Source: Strigamia acuminata (taxonomy: Eukaryota). From it: a stretch of 64,000 nt of DNA. The DNA lies in the NCBI GenBank assembly GCA_949358305.1, contig OX442314.1, positions 2,852,001 to 2,916,000 on the forward strand. The letters run 5' to 3'. The position numbers were made by a program, and so were the translations under genes. This document shows, one piece after another, positions 39,372 through 53,431 of this stretch (its first letter is position 1; the number at the start of each line of letters is the position of its first letter). The notes below the pieces were generated by a model. The model was not told the origin of the DNA. It did no database searches and saw only the letters and a list, made by a program, of their open reading frames with translations.

Positions 39372-42300
39372 CAAACAAGCAATGTCTACTCGCGGTAGCG
39401 TCTACCCGGTTCTCCCACCCGAAGCCGTAAGTCTTCGCTAAAACCAAACAAAAAAATCATTAACGTTTGAAAATTTCAAAATCAACCAATAGGACGAAGG
39501 CACCGATGTATTACTCGATACGCTGTCGGATCACAACTTTTCCGTTTCGAATTCGAAGTTTCCTCGCCGCGTCATCGCCGAAGACCCCACCTACAACCGA
39601 CCGGAAATCAAGCTCCTCAAGACACTCTGTCTCACTAAAATCGCCAGTACTTACAACGGTATTACAAACATTTGGTCAAGGCATATTTTTTTCCTCAAAA
39701 AAAATAAAATCAAATATTTTGGACATTTTGTTTCGATTAGGGCCCCAAAAAATGGCTGTGAGAGGGGCTCTCGAACCTGAAATCCGTTTCTGTCATGAAT
39801 GTTCAGAAATAACATCTAAGCAAGATTTCTAAGCAAAAAAAAATTGATTTGCAGGCGGGAAAATCCATTTGTATGGGAAATAATTTTATTTTGAGCCGAA
39901 AAAATGTGTTTTCACGCAAAACAATGCATTGGTATGGGAAATAATTTTATTTTGAGCCGAAAAAATGTGTTTTCACGCAAAACAATGCATTTGTATGGGA
40001 AATAATTTTATTTTGAGTTGAAAAAAATGTGTTTTCATGCAAAACAATGCATTTGTATGGGAAATAATTTTATTTTGAGTTGAAAAAATAGTGTTTTCAC
40101 GCAAAACAATGCATTTGTATGGGAAATAATTTTATTTTGAGCCGAAAAAAATGTGTTTTTACGCAAAACAATGCATTTGTATGGAAAATAATTTTATTTT
40201 GAGCCGAAAAAAATGTGTTTTCACGCAAAACAATGCATTTGTATGGGAAATAATTTTATTTTGAGCCGAAAAAATGTGTTTTCACGCAAAACAATGCATT
40301 TGTATGGGAAATAATTTTATTTTGAGCCGAAAAAATGTGTTTTCACGCAAAACAATGCATTTGTATGGAAAATAATTTTATTTTGAGTTGAAAAAAATGT
40401 GTTTTCACGCAAAACAATGCATTTGTATGGGAAATAATTTTATTTTGAGCCGAAAAAATGTGTTTTTATGCAAAACAATGCATTTGTATGGGAAATAATT
40501 TTATTTTGAGTTGAAAAAATGTGTTTTCACGCAAAACAATGCATTTGTATGGGAAATAATTTTATTTTGAGTTGAAAAAAATGTGTTTTCATGCAAAACA
40601 ATGCATTTGTATGGGAAATAATTTTATTTTGAGTTGAAAAAATAGTGTTTTCACGCAAAACAATGCATTTGTATGGGAAATAATTTTATTTTGAGCCGAA
40701 AAAATGTGTTTTTACGCAAAACAATGCATTTGTATGGGAAATAATTTTATTTTGAGCCGAAAAAATGTGTTTTTATGCAAAACAATGCATTTGTATGGGA
40801 AATAATTTTATTTTGAGTTGAAAAAATGTGTTTTCACGCAAAACAATGCATTTGTATGGGAAATAATTTTATTTTGAGTTGAAAAAAATGTGTTTTCATG
40901 CAAAACAATGCATTTGTATGGGAAATAATTTTATTTTGAGTTGAAAAAATAGTGTTTTCACGCAAAACAATGCATTTGTATGGGAAATAATTTTATTTTG
41001 AGCCGAAAAAATGTGTTTTTACGCAAAACAATGCATTTGTATGGGAAATAATTTTATTTTGAGCCGAAAAAATAATGTGTTTTTAAGCAAAACAATGCAT
41101 ATTTAGGGGAAATAATTTTATTTTGAGCCGAAAAAATAATGTGTTTTTATTTTCACAATTTCAAAATTAAAAAATTGAAGAAAATGAAATCTTCTAATTG
41201 TATTTGCATTTAGGAAGCCAGAGCCTGCGTCGCCTGACTCCGTACGAGAAACACTTTTTAGCCAAACGCCTCCCGTTGAACTTCCCCATCACCACCGCCA
41301 TCAGGTTCGTGACGGACGACATCTACTGGCAAAAACGATGCCTCAACCTGTGGGAGATCTGCGACCTGACGCGCTACTACGGCTCCTGGAAAGTGATGTG
41401 TCTGCAACGCACCATCGAGCAGCTCATCGAGGAATACGTGCCGGACGGCGCCGAGGAACAGCTCAAACAGCTCAAATCGCTCATCGTGGCCGCCAACAAA
41501 TTCATCAAACGCCTCACCGTCGGCCACCTCAACGCGGTGTCCACCATCGACGAAGCCAAGCGATTGACGCAGGAAGAATACCGGCTGAGCTTCGAGTCCA
41601 TCTTGGCCAACCTGCCGCACTTGGAGGAGCTCAGCGTGACGTATTGCCCGAACAAATGCGGCCAGGACTTCGACTGGTTCATGTCGCGACTCACGTACGA
41701 CGAGGTCAAGTCGCTGAGCGCCGCCATCATGCCGTGCTACAACCTGCGCGTGTTTGAGCTGCACAAGAGCGAGCTGGACTGCGTCAAGATCAATTTGCTC
41801 ATCCAGGGCTTGATGCATTTGCCGGCGCTCGAGTCGTTGCTGCTGCCGCACAACTTGATCGGCGACAAGGGCGCCTTTTGCATCGCCAAACTGCTCTCGT
41901 CGTCGCCGAAGCTCGCCCGCTTGAACCTCACGAACAATCAGATCGGGCCGGTCGGCGCCGAGGCGATCGCGTTTGTGCTCACAAAGAATAACTCGTTGAA
42001 GGAACTCGGGCTGCGACTGAATACGCTGCAGGAGAAGGGCTGCACGGCCCTGCTGCGCGCCATGGCCGTGAACAAGGGGCTGCAGAAGCTGAATTTGGCG
42101 TCGAACCAGATGGGGGAGAAGTCGGCCGAGATTGGCGGCCAAATACTCCGGTTTAATCGCACGCTCACGGAACTGGATTTCTCCTGCAATCTCGATATAG
42201 GAATGGTAATTGATTAATTTAAAAATTTAAAAATTATTAAATGTTTTTTTAACATTTCCAAGGTGGGTGGTGTGGACATTTTCGAAGGACTCGAGAAGAA

Positions 42301-42403
42301 CAGCACGCTCGTCGAGATGGATTTGCGCTGGTGCAATTGCGGCCGCGAAACTGAATATTACGTTGATCAGCTTTTGAAGAACAACCGCAATAAATGTCAT
42401 TGA
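39364..42403 (+). CDS. TCTE1: Dynein regulatory complex subunit 5 (TCTE1/DRC5), full-length parent; exons approx. 39364(or 39382)-39426, 39493-39658, 41214-42205, 42263-42403
   Basis: Exon 2 encodes RRVIAEDP...LKTLCL. Exon 3 encodes DDIYWQKRC...GSWK, TYCPNKCGQDFDW and ribonuclease-inhibitor-type LRRs (LNLTNNQIG, LGLRLNTL, LDFSCN). Exon 4 encodes NSTLVEMDLR. Confidence 0.87.
39860..41150. repeat. Intronic ~61-bp satellite in TCTE1 intron 2
   Basis: gcaaaacaatgcatttgtatgggaaataattttattttgagccgaaaaaatgtgttttcac, about 20 copies; a shorter version is present in each array unit. Confidence 0.92.
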
Positions 42404-42744
42404 AAAAAAAAAACACAAAGAAAGAAATAAAGAAAAATCAAAATTTGTCTCTCCAATTTTTCTGTGCATTTATTTGTTTCGTTTTTAGGCCAAAAAATTC
42501 ACTTTAAGGCCAAAAAAACTCACTTTTAGGCAAAAAAAAACCTCACAAAAAATAAATTTTTAGACAAGTCTGAAAATGTATTTTTTTTTGTCTGAAAATC
42601 CATTTTTTTTTGTCTGAAAATGCATTTTTTTGTTGTCTGAAAATGCATTTTTTTTGTCTGAAAATGATTGTGCAATCACATTCTTACAATCAAAAATGCG
42701 TTTTGTAACAAACGTTACGTTACGTCACGTCACTTCACGGGCAC

Positions 42745-42985
42745 GTTAGTTTAAGGGCACATTAGGTTAAGGGCACATTAGGTTAGGTTAAGGCCCGTTA
42801 GGTTAAGGGCACATTAGGTTAGGTCAAGGCACGTTAGGTTAAGGGCACGTTAGGTTAGGTTAAGGCACGTTAGGTTAGGTTAAGGCACGTTAGGTTAGGT
42901 TAAGGCACGTTAGGTTAAGGGCACATTGGGTTAGGTTAAGGCACGTTAGGTTAGGTTAAGGCACGTTAGGTTAAGGGCACATTAG
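42745..42985 (+). repeat. TTAGG-containing tandem repeat (gttaggttaggttaaggcac), present in each array unit
   Basis: Directly visible; recurs at about 46420, 50097, 53773, 57449 and 61098. Confidence 0.85.
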
Positions 42986-44256
42986 ATTACGATTTTGTTC
43001 AAAAAGTCAAAATTTATCAAAAAAATTGATAATTTGGCCGACATTTATCAAAAAAATTGATAATTCGGCCGACATTTATCAAAAAAATTGATAATTCGGC
43101 CGACATTTATCAAAAAAATTTTGAATTTGGTCAAAATTTATTTATTTATTCCAAAAACTGAGTATTTGGTCAAAATTTATTTATTCCAAAAATTGAGTAT
43201 TTGGTCAAAATTTATGTATCAAAAAAATTTTGAATTTGGTCAAAATTTATTTATTCCAAAAAGTGAGTATTGGGTCAAAATTTATTTATTCATTCAAAAA
43301 ATTGAGAATTTGGTTAAAATTTATTTATTCATTCAAAAAATTGAGAATTTGGTCAAAATTTATTTATTTATTCATTCAAAAAATTGAGAATTTGGTCAAA
43401 ATTCGGAGGAAATTTACAAAACAGTTTAAAATTTACAAAAACCGTTTGAAATTTTATCAATGTCATCAAAAATCGCAATTCATCAAAATCTTATCTCAAA
43501 CACTCGAAATTGAGCAATAAAATTGAGAATTTGGTCAAAATTAAACAAATTCGGAAAAAATTTGCAAAAACCGTTTGAAATTCGTTCGCAATTCATCCAA
43601 AAAATGAAGAATTTGGTCTCAAATTTGAGGAATAATTATTCGAAAATTCAAAGAAATTGAGAATGTGGTCAAATATTACTCAAAAATAATCAAAACAACA
43701 TTCAAATTCAAATTCAAGTTGGTGTTTATTAACAGTCAATACAACTTAACCGACGGCAGAATTCACTCGTTGTTTCAAACCAATTCAAAGTACAATCCGA
43801 TTCGTTCGTTGAAATCACGAAATTCGACAAAATGGCTCCTCGCCTCGCCTCGCCTCGCCTCGCCTCGCCTCGCTCGAGCTCTTCACCCGATCAGCTCATA
43901 TCATGTAATGGCACCATCCTGTGCTCACAACAACCTTAAATACACTACACTATATATACCTAGGTAAATACAGACCTATACTTATATAATAATATACACT
44001 TTTATACCTAACTACAAAAAAGTAGGCTTAACAACAACATGCATTTCAATGGGAATCTGGGAACAAGTAGCGAATATGACGTCGAAAATTGCGCTCCATC
44101 ATCCGAGATCATCACCTCAGCTTTGAGAATAACTAACAGCTAAAATCGTTGAAATTTTCAAATTTTCAAACTCTATCAGCCAATAGGACGAACGTTTCTA
44201 ATTCCAACTTTCCTCTCTCGCCTACAACCGATCGACCGCAAATCAAGAAAATCGCC

Positions 44257-46079
44257 ATGGCTGCAGCACGAACAACGAACGGTATTAGAAACATTTGGAC
44301 AAGGCATACGCACCTCAAGGTAAGGAAAACACCGTTTTAGCACTTCTCGAGAGAGATACGAAACCGGTACTGTATATTTTTGCTCAAGAAAATGGTAAAT
44401 AAAAAGTTAAATCCTATTTGGCACATTTTGTTTCGATCGGGGCCCCAAAAAATGGCTTTGAAATGACATGTTCGCAACATTTCTAAGCAAAACAAATGCA
44501 TTTGCAGGCGGGCAAATGCATTTGCATGGGAAATAAATTTATTTTGAGCTTGGAAAAATGTGTTTTCACGCAAAATGATGCATTTGTATGTGAAATAATT
44601 TTATTTTGAGCTGAAAAAATGTGTTTTTACGCAAAACAAAGCATTTGCATGGAAAATAATTTTATTTTGAGTTGAAAAAATAGTGTTTTCACGCAAAACA
44701 ATGCATTTGTATGGGAAATAATTTTATTTTGAGCCGAAAAAAATGTGTTTTTATGCAAAACAGTGCATTTGTATGGGAAATAATTTTATTTTGGGCCAAA
44801 AAAAATGTGTTTTTATGCAAAACAATGCATTTTCAGACAATTTCAAAATTAAAAAGTTGAAGAAATTTAAATCTTGTATTTGCATTTAGGAAGCCAGAGC
44901 CTGCGTCGCCTGACTCCGTACGAGAAACACTTTTTAGCCAAACGCCTCCCGTTGAACTTCCCCATCACCACCGCCATCAGGTTCGTGACGGACGACATCT
45001 ACTGGCAAAAACGATGCCTCAACCTGTGGGAGATCTGCGACTTGACGCGCTACTACGGCTCCTGGAAAGTGATGTGTCTGCAACGCACCATCGAGCAGCT
45101 CATCGAGGAATACGTGTCGGACGGCGCCGAGGAACAGCTCAAACAGCTCAAATCGCTCATCGTGGCCGCCAACAAATTCATCAAACGCCTCACCGTCGGC
45201 CACCTCAACGCCGTGTCCACCATCGACGAAGCCAAGCGATTGACGCAGGAAGAATACCGGCTGAGCTTCGAGTCCATCTTGGCCAACCTGCCGCACTTGG
45301 AGGAGCTCAGCGTGACGTATTGCCCGAACAAATGCGGCCAGGACTTCGACTGGTTCATGTCGCGACTCACGTACGACGAGGTCAAGTCGCTGAGCGCCGC
45401 CATCATGCCGTGCTACAACCTGCGCGTGTTTGAGCTGCACAAGAGCGAGCTGGACTGCGTCAAGATCAATTTGCTCATCCAGGGCTTGATGCATTTGCCG
45501 GCGCTCGAGTCGTTGCTGCTGCCGCACAACTTGATCGGCGACAAGGGCGCCTTTTGCATCGCCAAACTGCTCTCGTCGTCGCCGAAGCTCGCCCGCTTGA
45601 ACCTCACGAACAATCAGATCGGGCCGGTCGGCGCCGAGGCGATCGCGTTTGTGCTCACAAAGAATAACTCGTTGAAGGAACTCGGGCTGCGACTGAATAC
45701 GCTGCAGGAGAAGGGCTGCACGGCCCTGCTGCGCGCCATGGCCGTGAACAAGGGGCTGCAGAAGCTGAATTTGGCGTCGAACCAGATGGGGGAGAAGTCG
45801 GCCGAGATTGGCGGCCAAATACTCCGGTTTAATCGCACGCTCACGGAACTGGATTTCTCCTGCAATCTCGATATAGGAATGGTAATTGATTAATTTAAAA
45901 ATTTAAAAATTATTAAATGTTTTTTTAACATTTCCAAGGTGGGTGGTGTGGACATTTTCGAAGGACTCGAGAAGAACAGCACGCTCGTCGAGATGGATTT
46001 GCGCTGGTGCAATTGCGGCCGCGAAACTGAATATTACGTTGATCAGCTTTTGAAGAACAACCGCAATAAATGTCATTGA
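44257..46079 (+). CDS. TCTE1: Truncated DRC5 paralog, copy 2 (new exon 44257-44281 MAAARTTNG, then 44890-45881 and 45939-46079)
   Basis: ATG in gccATGg context; same phase-1 donor (G|gtatta) as parent exon 2; exons 3-4 intact. Confidence 0.65.
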
Positions 46080-47932
46080 AAAAAAAAAACACAAAGAAAG
46101 AAATAAAGAAAAATCAAAATTTGTCTCTCCAATTTTTCTGTGCATTTATTTGTTTCGTTTTTAGGCCAAAAAATTCACTTTAAGGCCAAAAAAACTCACT
46201 TTTAGGCAAAAAAAAACCTCACAAAAAATAAATTTTTAGACAAGTCTGAAAATGTATTTTTTTTTGTCTGAAAATCCATTTTTTTTTGTCTGAAAATGCA
46301 TTTTTTTGTTGTCTGAAAATGCATTTTTTTTGTCTGAAAATGATTGTGCAATCACATTCTTACAATCAAAAATGCGTTTTGTAACAAACGTTACGTTACG
46401 TCACGTCACTTCACGGGCACGTTAGTTTAAGGGCACATTAGGTTAAGGGCACATTAGGTTAGGTTAAGGCCCGTTAGGTTAAGGGCACATTAGGTTAGGT
46501 CAAGGCACGTTAGGTTAAGGGCACGTTAGGTTAGGTTAAGGCACGTTAGGTTAGGTTAAGGCACGTTAGGTTAGGTTAAGGCACGTTAGGTTAAGGGCAC
46601 ATTGGGTTAGGTTAAGGCACGTTAGGTTAGGTTAAGGCACGTTAGGTTAAGGGCACATTAGATTACGATTTTGTTCAAAAAGTCAAAATTTATCAAAAAA
46701 ATTGATAATTTGGCCGACATTTATCAAAAAAATTGATAATTCGGCCGACATTTATCAAAAAAATTGATAATTCGGCCGACATTTATCAAAAAAATTTTGA
46801 ATTTGGTCAAAATTTATTTATTTATTCCAAAAACTGAGTATTTGGTCAAAATTTATTTATTCCAAAAATTGAGTATTTGGTCAAAATTTATGTATCAAAA
46901 AAATTTTGAATTTGGTCAAAATTTATTTATTCCAAAAAGTGAGTATTGGGTCAAAATTTATTTATTCATTCAAAAAATTGAGAATTTGGTTAAAATTTAT
47001 TTATTCATTCAAAAAATTGAGAATTTGGTCAAAATTTATTTATTTATTCATTCAAAAAATTGAGAATTTGGTCAAAATTCGGAGGAAATTTACAAAACAG
47101 TTTAAAATTTACAAAAACCGTTTGAAATTTTATCAATGTCATCAAAAATCGCAATTCATCAAAATCTTATCTCAAACACTCGAAATTGAGCAATAAAATT
47201 GAGAATTTGGTCAAAATTAAACAAATTCGGAAAAAATTTGCAAAAACCGTTTGAAATTCGTTCGCAATTCATCCAAAAAATGAAGAATTTGGTCTCAAAT
47301 TTGAGGAATAATTATTCGAAAATTCAAAGAAATTGAGAATGTGGTCAAATATTACTCAAAAATAATCAAAACAACATTCAAATTCAAATTCAAGTTGGTG
47401 TTTATTAACAGTCAATACAACTTAACCGACGGCAGAATTCACTCGTTGTTTCAAACCAATTCAAAGTACAATCCGATTCGTTCGTTGAAATCACGAAATT
47501 CGACAAAATGGCTCCTCGCCTCGCCTCGCCTCGCCTCGCCTCGCCTCGCTCGAGCTCTTCACCCGATCAGCTCATATCATGTAATGGCACCATCCTGTGC
47601 TCACAACAACCTTAAATACACTACACTATATATACCTAGGTAAATACAGACCTATACTTATATAATAATATACACTTTTATACCTAACTACAAAAAAGTA
47701 GGCTTAACAACAACATGCATTTCAATGGGAATCTGGGAACAAGTAGCGAATATGACGTCGAAAATTGCGCTCCATCATCCGAGATCATCACCTCAGCTTT
47801 GAGAATAACTAACAGCTAAAATCGTTGAAATTTTCAAATTTTCAAACTCTATCAGCCAATAGGACGAACGTTTCTAATTCCAACTTTCCTCTCTCGCCTA
47901 CAACCGATCGACCGCAAATCAAGAAAATCGCC

Positions 47933-49755
47933 ATGGCTGCAGCACGAACAACGAACGGTATTAGAAACATTTGGACAAGGCATACGCACCTCAAGGTAAG
48001 GAAAACACCGTTTTAGCACTTCTCGAGAGAGATACGAAACCGGTACTGTATATTTTTGCTCAAGAAAATGGTAAATAAAAAGTTAAATCCTATTTGGCAC
48101 ATTTTGTTTCGATCGGGGCCCCAAAAAATGGCTTTGAAATGACATGTTCGCAACATTTCTAAGCAAAACAAATGCATTTGCAGGCGGGCAAATGCATTTG
48201 CATGGGAAATAAATTTATTTTGAGCTTGGAAAAATGTGTTTTCACGCAAAATGATGCATTTGTATGTGAAATAATTTTATTTTGAGCTGAAAAAATGTGT
48301 TTTTACGCAAAACAAAGCATTTGCATGGAAAATAATTTTATTTTGAGTTGAAAAAATAGTGTTTTCACGCAAAACAATGCATTTGTATGGGAAATAATTT
48401 TATTTTGAGCCGAAAAAAATGTGTTTTTATGCAAAACAGTGCATTTGTATGGGAAATAATTTTATTTTGGGCCAAAAAAAATGTGTTTTTATGCAAAACA
48501 ATGCATTTTCAGACAATTTCAAAATTAAAAAGTTGAAGAAATTTAAATCTTGTATTTGCATTTAGGAAGCCAGAGCCTGCGTCGCCTGACTCCGTACGAG
48601 AAACACTTTTTAGCCAAACGCCTCCCGTTGAACTTCCCCATCACCACCGCCATCAGGTTCGTGACGGACGACATCTACTGGCAAAAACGATGCCTCAACC
48701 TGTGGGAGATCTGCGACTTGACGCGCTACTACGGCTCCTGGAAAGTGATGTGTCTGCAACGCACCATCGAGCAGCTCATCGAGGAATACGTGTCGGACGG
48801 CGCCGAGGAACAGCTCAAACAGCTCAAATCGCTCATCGTGGCCGCCAACAAATTCATCAAACGCCTCACCGTCGGCCACCTCAACGCCGTGTCCACCATC
48901 GACGAAGCCAAGCGATTGACGCAGGAAGAATACCGGCTGAGCTTCGAGTCCATCTTGGCCAACCTGCCGCACTTGGAGGAGCTCAGCGTGACGTATTGCC
49001 CGAACAAATGCGGCCAGGACTTCGACTGGTTCATGTCGCGACTCACGTACGACGAGGTCAAGTCGCTGAGCGCCGCCATCATGCCGTGCTACAACCTGCG
49101 CGTGTTTGAGCTGCACAAGAGCGAGCTGGACTGCGTCAAGATCAATTTGCTCATCCAGGGCTTGATGCATTTGCCGGCGCTCGAGTCGTTGCTGCTGCCG
49201 CACAACTTGATCGGCGACAAGGGCGCCTTTTGCATCGCCAAACTGCTCTCGTCGTCGCCGAAGCTCGCCCGCTTGAACCTCACGAACAATCAGATCGGGC
49301 CGGTCGGCGCCGAGGCGATCGCGTTTGTGCTCACAAAGAATAACTCGTTGAAGGAACTCGGGCTGCGACTGAATACGCTGCAGGAGAAGGGCTGCACGGC
49401 CCTGCTGCGCGCCATGGCCGTGAACAAGGGGCTGCAGAAGCTGAATTTGGCGTCGAACCAGATGGGGGAGAAGTCGGCCGAGATTGGCGGCCAAATACTC
49501 CGGTTTAATCGCACGCTCACGGAACTGGATTTCTCCTGCAATCTCGATATAGGAATGGTAATTGATTAATTTAAAAATTTAAAAATTATTAAATGTTTTT
49601 TTAACATTTCCAAGGTGGGTGGTGTGGACATTTTCGAAGGACTCGAGAAGAACAGCACGCTCGTCGAGATGGATTTGCGCTGGTGCAATTGCGGCCGCGA
49701 AACTGAATATTACGTTGATCAGCTTTTGAAGAACAACCGCAATAAATGTCATTGA
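47933..49755 (+). CDS. TCTE1: Truncated DRC5 paralog, copy 3
   Basis: Same structure as copy 2, offset +3676. Confidence 0.65.
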
Positions 49756-51608
49756 AAAAAAAAAACACAAAGAAAGAAATAAAGAAAAATCAAAATTTGT
49801 CTCTCCAATTTTTCTGTGCATTTATTTGTTTCGTTTTTAGGCCAAAAAATTCACTTTAAGGCCAAAAAAACTCACTTTTAGGCAAAAAAAAACCTCACAA
49901 AAAATAAATTTTTAGACAAGTCTGAAAATGTATTTTTTTTTGTCTGAAAATCCATTTTTTTTTGTCTGAAAATGCATTTTTTTGTTGTCTGAAAATGCAT
50001 TTTTTTTGTCTGAAAATGATTGTGCAATCACATTCTTACAATCAAAAATGCGTTTTGTAACAAACGTTACGTTACGTCACGTCACTTCACGGGCACGTTA
50101 GTTTAAGGGCACATTAGGTTAAGGGCACATTAGGTTAGGTTAAGGCCCGTTAGGTTAAGGGCACATTAGGTTAGGTCAAGGCACGTTAGGTTAAGGGCAC
50201 GTTAGGTTAGGTTAAGGCACGTTAGGTTAGGTTAAGGCACGTTAGGTTAGGTTAAGGCACGTTAGGTTAAGGGCACATTGGGTTAGGTTAAGGCACGTTA
50301 GGTTAGGTTAAGGCACGTTAGGTTAAGGGCACATTAGATTACGATTTTGTTCAAAAAGTCAAAATTTATCAAAAAAATTGATAATTTGGCCGACATTTAT
50401 CAAAAAAATTGATAATTCGGCCGACATTTATCAAAAAAATTGATAATTCGGCCGACATTTATCAAAAAAATTTTGAATTTGGTCAAAATTTATTTATTTA
50501 TTCCAAAAACTGAGTATTTGGTCAAAATTTATTTATTCCAAAAATTGAGTATTTGGTCAAAATTTATGTATCAAAAAAATTTTGAATTTGGTCAAAATTT
50601 ATTTATTCCAAAAAGTGAGTATTGGGTCAAAATTTATTTATTCATTCAAAAAATTGAGAATTTGGTTAAAATTTATTTATTCATTCAAAAAATTGAGAAT
50701 TTGGTCAAAATTTATTTATTTATTCATTCAAAAAATTGAGAATTTGGTCAAAATTCGGAGGAAATTTACAAAACAGTTTAAAATTTACAAAAACCGTTTG
50801 AAATTTTATCAATGTCATCAAAAATCGCAATTCATCAAAATCTTATCTCAAACACTCGAAATTGAGCAATAAAATTGAGAATTTGGTCAAAATTAAACAA
50901 ATTCGGAAAAAATTTGCAAAAACCGTTTGAAATTCGTTCGCAATTCATCCAAAAAATGAAGAATTTGGTCTCAAATTTGAGGAATAATTATTCGAAAATT
51001 CAAAGAAATTGAGAATGTGGTCAAATATTACTCAAAAATAATCAAAACAACATTCAAATTCAAATTCAAGTTGGTGTTTATTAACAGTCAATACAACTTA
51101 ACCGACGGCAGAATTCACTCGTTGTTTCAAACCAATTCAAAGTACAATCCGATTCGTTCGTTGAAATCACGAAATTCGACAAAATGGCTCCTCGCCTCGC
51201 CTCGCCTCGCCTCGCCTCGCCTCGCTCGAGCTCTTCACCCGATCAGCTCATATCATGTAATGGCACCATCCTGTGCTCACAACAACCTTAAATACACTAC
51301 ACTATATATACCTAGGTAAATACAGACCTATACTTATATAATAATATACACTTTTATACCTAACTACAAAAAAGTAGGCTTAACAACAACATGCATTTCA
51401 ATGGGAATCTGGGAACAAGTAGCGAATATGACGTCGAAAATTGCGCTCCATCATCCGAGATCATCACCTCAGCTTTGAGAATAACTAACAGCTAAAATCG
51501 TTGAAATTTTCAAATTTTCAAACTCTATCAGCCAATAGGACGAACGTTTCTAATTCCAACTTTCCTCTCTCGCCTACAACCGATCGACCGCAAATCAAGA
51601 AAATCGCC

Positions 51609-53431
51609 ATGGCTGCAGCACGAACAACGAACGGTATTAGAAACATTTGGACAAGGCATACGCACCTCAAGGTAAGGAAAACACCGTTTTAGCACTTCTC
51701 GAGAGAGATACGAAACCGGTACTGTATATTTTTGCTCAAGAAAATGGTAAATAAAAAGTTAAATCCTATTTGGCACATTTTGTTTCGATCGGGGCCCCAA
51801 AAAATGGCTTTGAAATGACATGTTCGCAACATTTCTAAGCAAAACAAATGCATTTGCAGGCGGGCAAATGCATTTGCATGGGAAATAAATTTATTTTGAG
51901 CTTGGAAAAATGTGTTTTCACGCAAAATGATGCATTTGTATGTGAAATAATTTTATTTTGAGCTGAAAAAATGTGTTTTTACGCAAAACAAAGCATTTGC
52001 ATGGAAAATAATTTTATTTTGAGTTGAAAAAATAGTGTTTTCACGCAAAACAATGCATTTGTATGGGAAATAATTTTATTTTGAGCCGAAAAAAATGTGT
52101 TTTTATGCAAAACAGTGCATTTGTATGGGAAATAATTTTATTTTGGGCCAAAAAAAATGTGTTTTTATGCAAAACAATGCATTTTCAGACAATTTCAAAA
52201 TTAAAAAGTTGAAGAAATTTAAATCTTGTATTTGCATTTAGGAAGCCAGAGCCTGCGTCGCCTGACTCCGTACGAGAAACACTTTTTAGCCAAACGCCTC
52301 CCGTTGAACTTCCCCATCACCACCGCCATCAGGTTCGTGACGGACGACATCTACTGGCAAAAACGATGCCTCAACCTGTGGGAGATCTGCGACTTGACGC
52401 GCTACTACGGCTCCTGGAAAGTGATGTGTCTGCAACGCACCATCGAGCAGCTCATCGAGGAATACGTGTCGGACGGCGCCGAGGAACAGCTCAAACAGCT
52501 CAAATCGCTCATCGTGGCCGCCAACAAATTCATCAAACGCCTCACCGTCGGCCACCTCAACGCCGTGTCCACCATCGACGAAGCCAAGCGATTGACGCAG
52601 GAAGAATACCGGCTGAGCTTCGAGTCCATCTTGGCCAACCTGCCGCACTTGGAGGAGCTCAGCGTGACGTATTGCCCGAACAAATGCGGCCAGGACTTCG
52701 ACTGGTTCATGTCGCGACTCACGTACGACGAGGTCAAGTCGCTGAGCGCCGCCATCATGCCGTGCTACAACCTGCGCGTGTTTGAGCTGCACAAGAGCGA
52801 GCTGGACTGCGTCAAGATCAATTTGCTCATCCAGGGCTTGATGCATTTGCCGGCGCTCGAGTCGTTGCTGCTGCCGCACAACTTGATCGGCGACAAGGGC
52901 GCCTTTTGCATCGCCAAACTGCTCTCGTCGTCGCCGAAGCTCGCCCGCTTGAACCTCACGAACAATCAGATCGGGCCGGTCGGCGCCGAGGCGATCGCGT
53001 TTGTGCTCACAAAGAATAACTCGTTGAAGGAACTCGGGCTGCGACTGAATACGCTGCAGGAGAAGGGCTGCACGGCCCTGCTGCGCGCCATGGCCGTGAA
53101 CAAGGGGCTGCAGAAGCTGAATTTGGCGTCGAACCAGATGGGGGAGAAGTCGGCCGAGATTGGCGGCCAAATACTCCGGTTTAATCGCACGCTCACGGAA
53201 CTGGATTTCTCCTGCAATCTCGATATAGGAATGGTAATTGATTAATTTAAAAATTTAAAAATTATTAAATGTTTTTTTAACATTTCCAAGGTGGGTGGTG
53301 TGGACATTTTCGAAGGACTCGAGAAGAACAGCACGCTCGTCGAGATGGATTTGCGCTGGTGCAATTGCGGCCGCGAAACTGAATATTACGTTGATCAGCT
53401 TTTGAAGAACAACCGCAATAAATGTCATTGA
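51609..53431 (+). CDS. TCTE1: Truncated DRC5 paralog, copy 4
   Basis: Same structure as copy 2. Confidence 0.65.

Noticed and set aside
39860..41150. Regular repeat array resembling a CRISPR
   Set aside because: No unique spacers, no cas genes, and a eukaryotic intron context; it is a plain satellite.
41258..42142. 294-aa antisense ORF (and its repeats in each unit)
   Set aside because: Shadow of the GC3-rich DRC5 exon on the opposite strand; no recognisable motifs.
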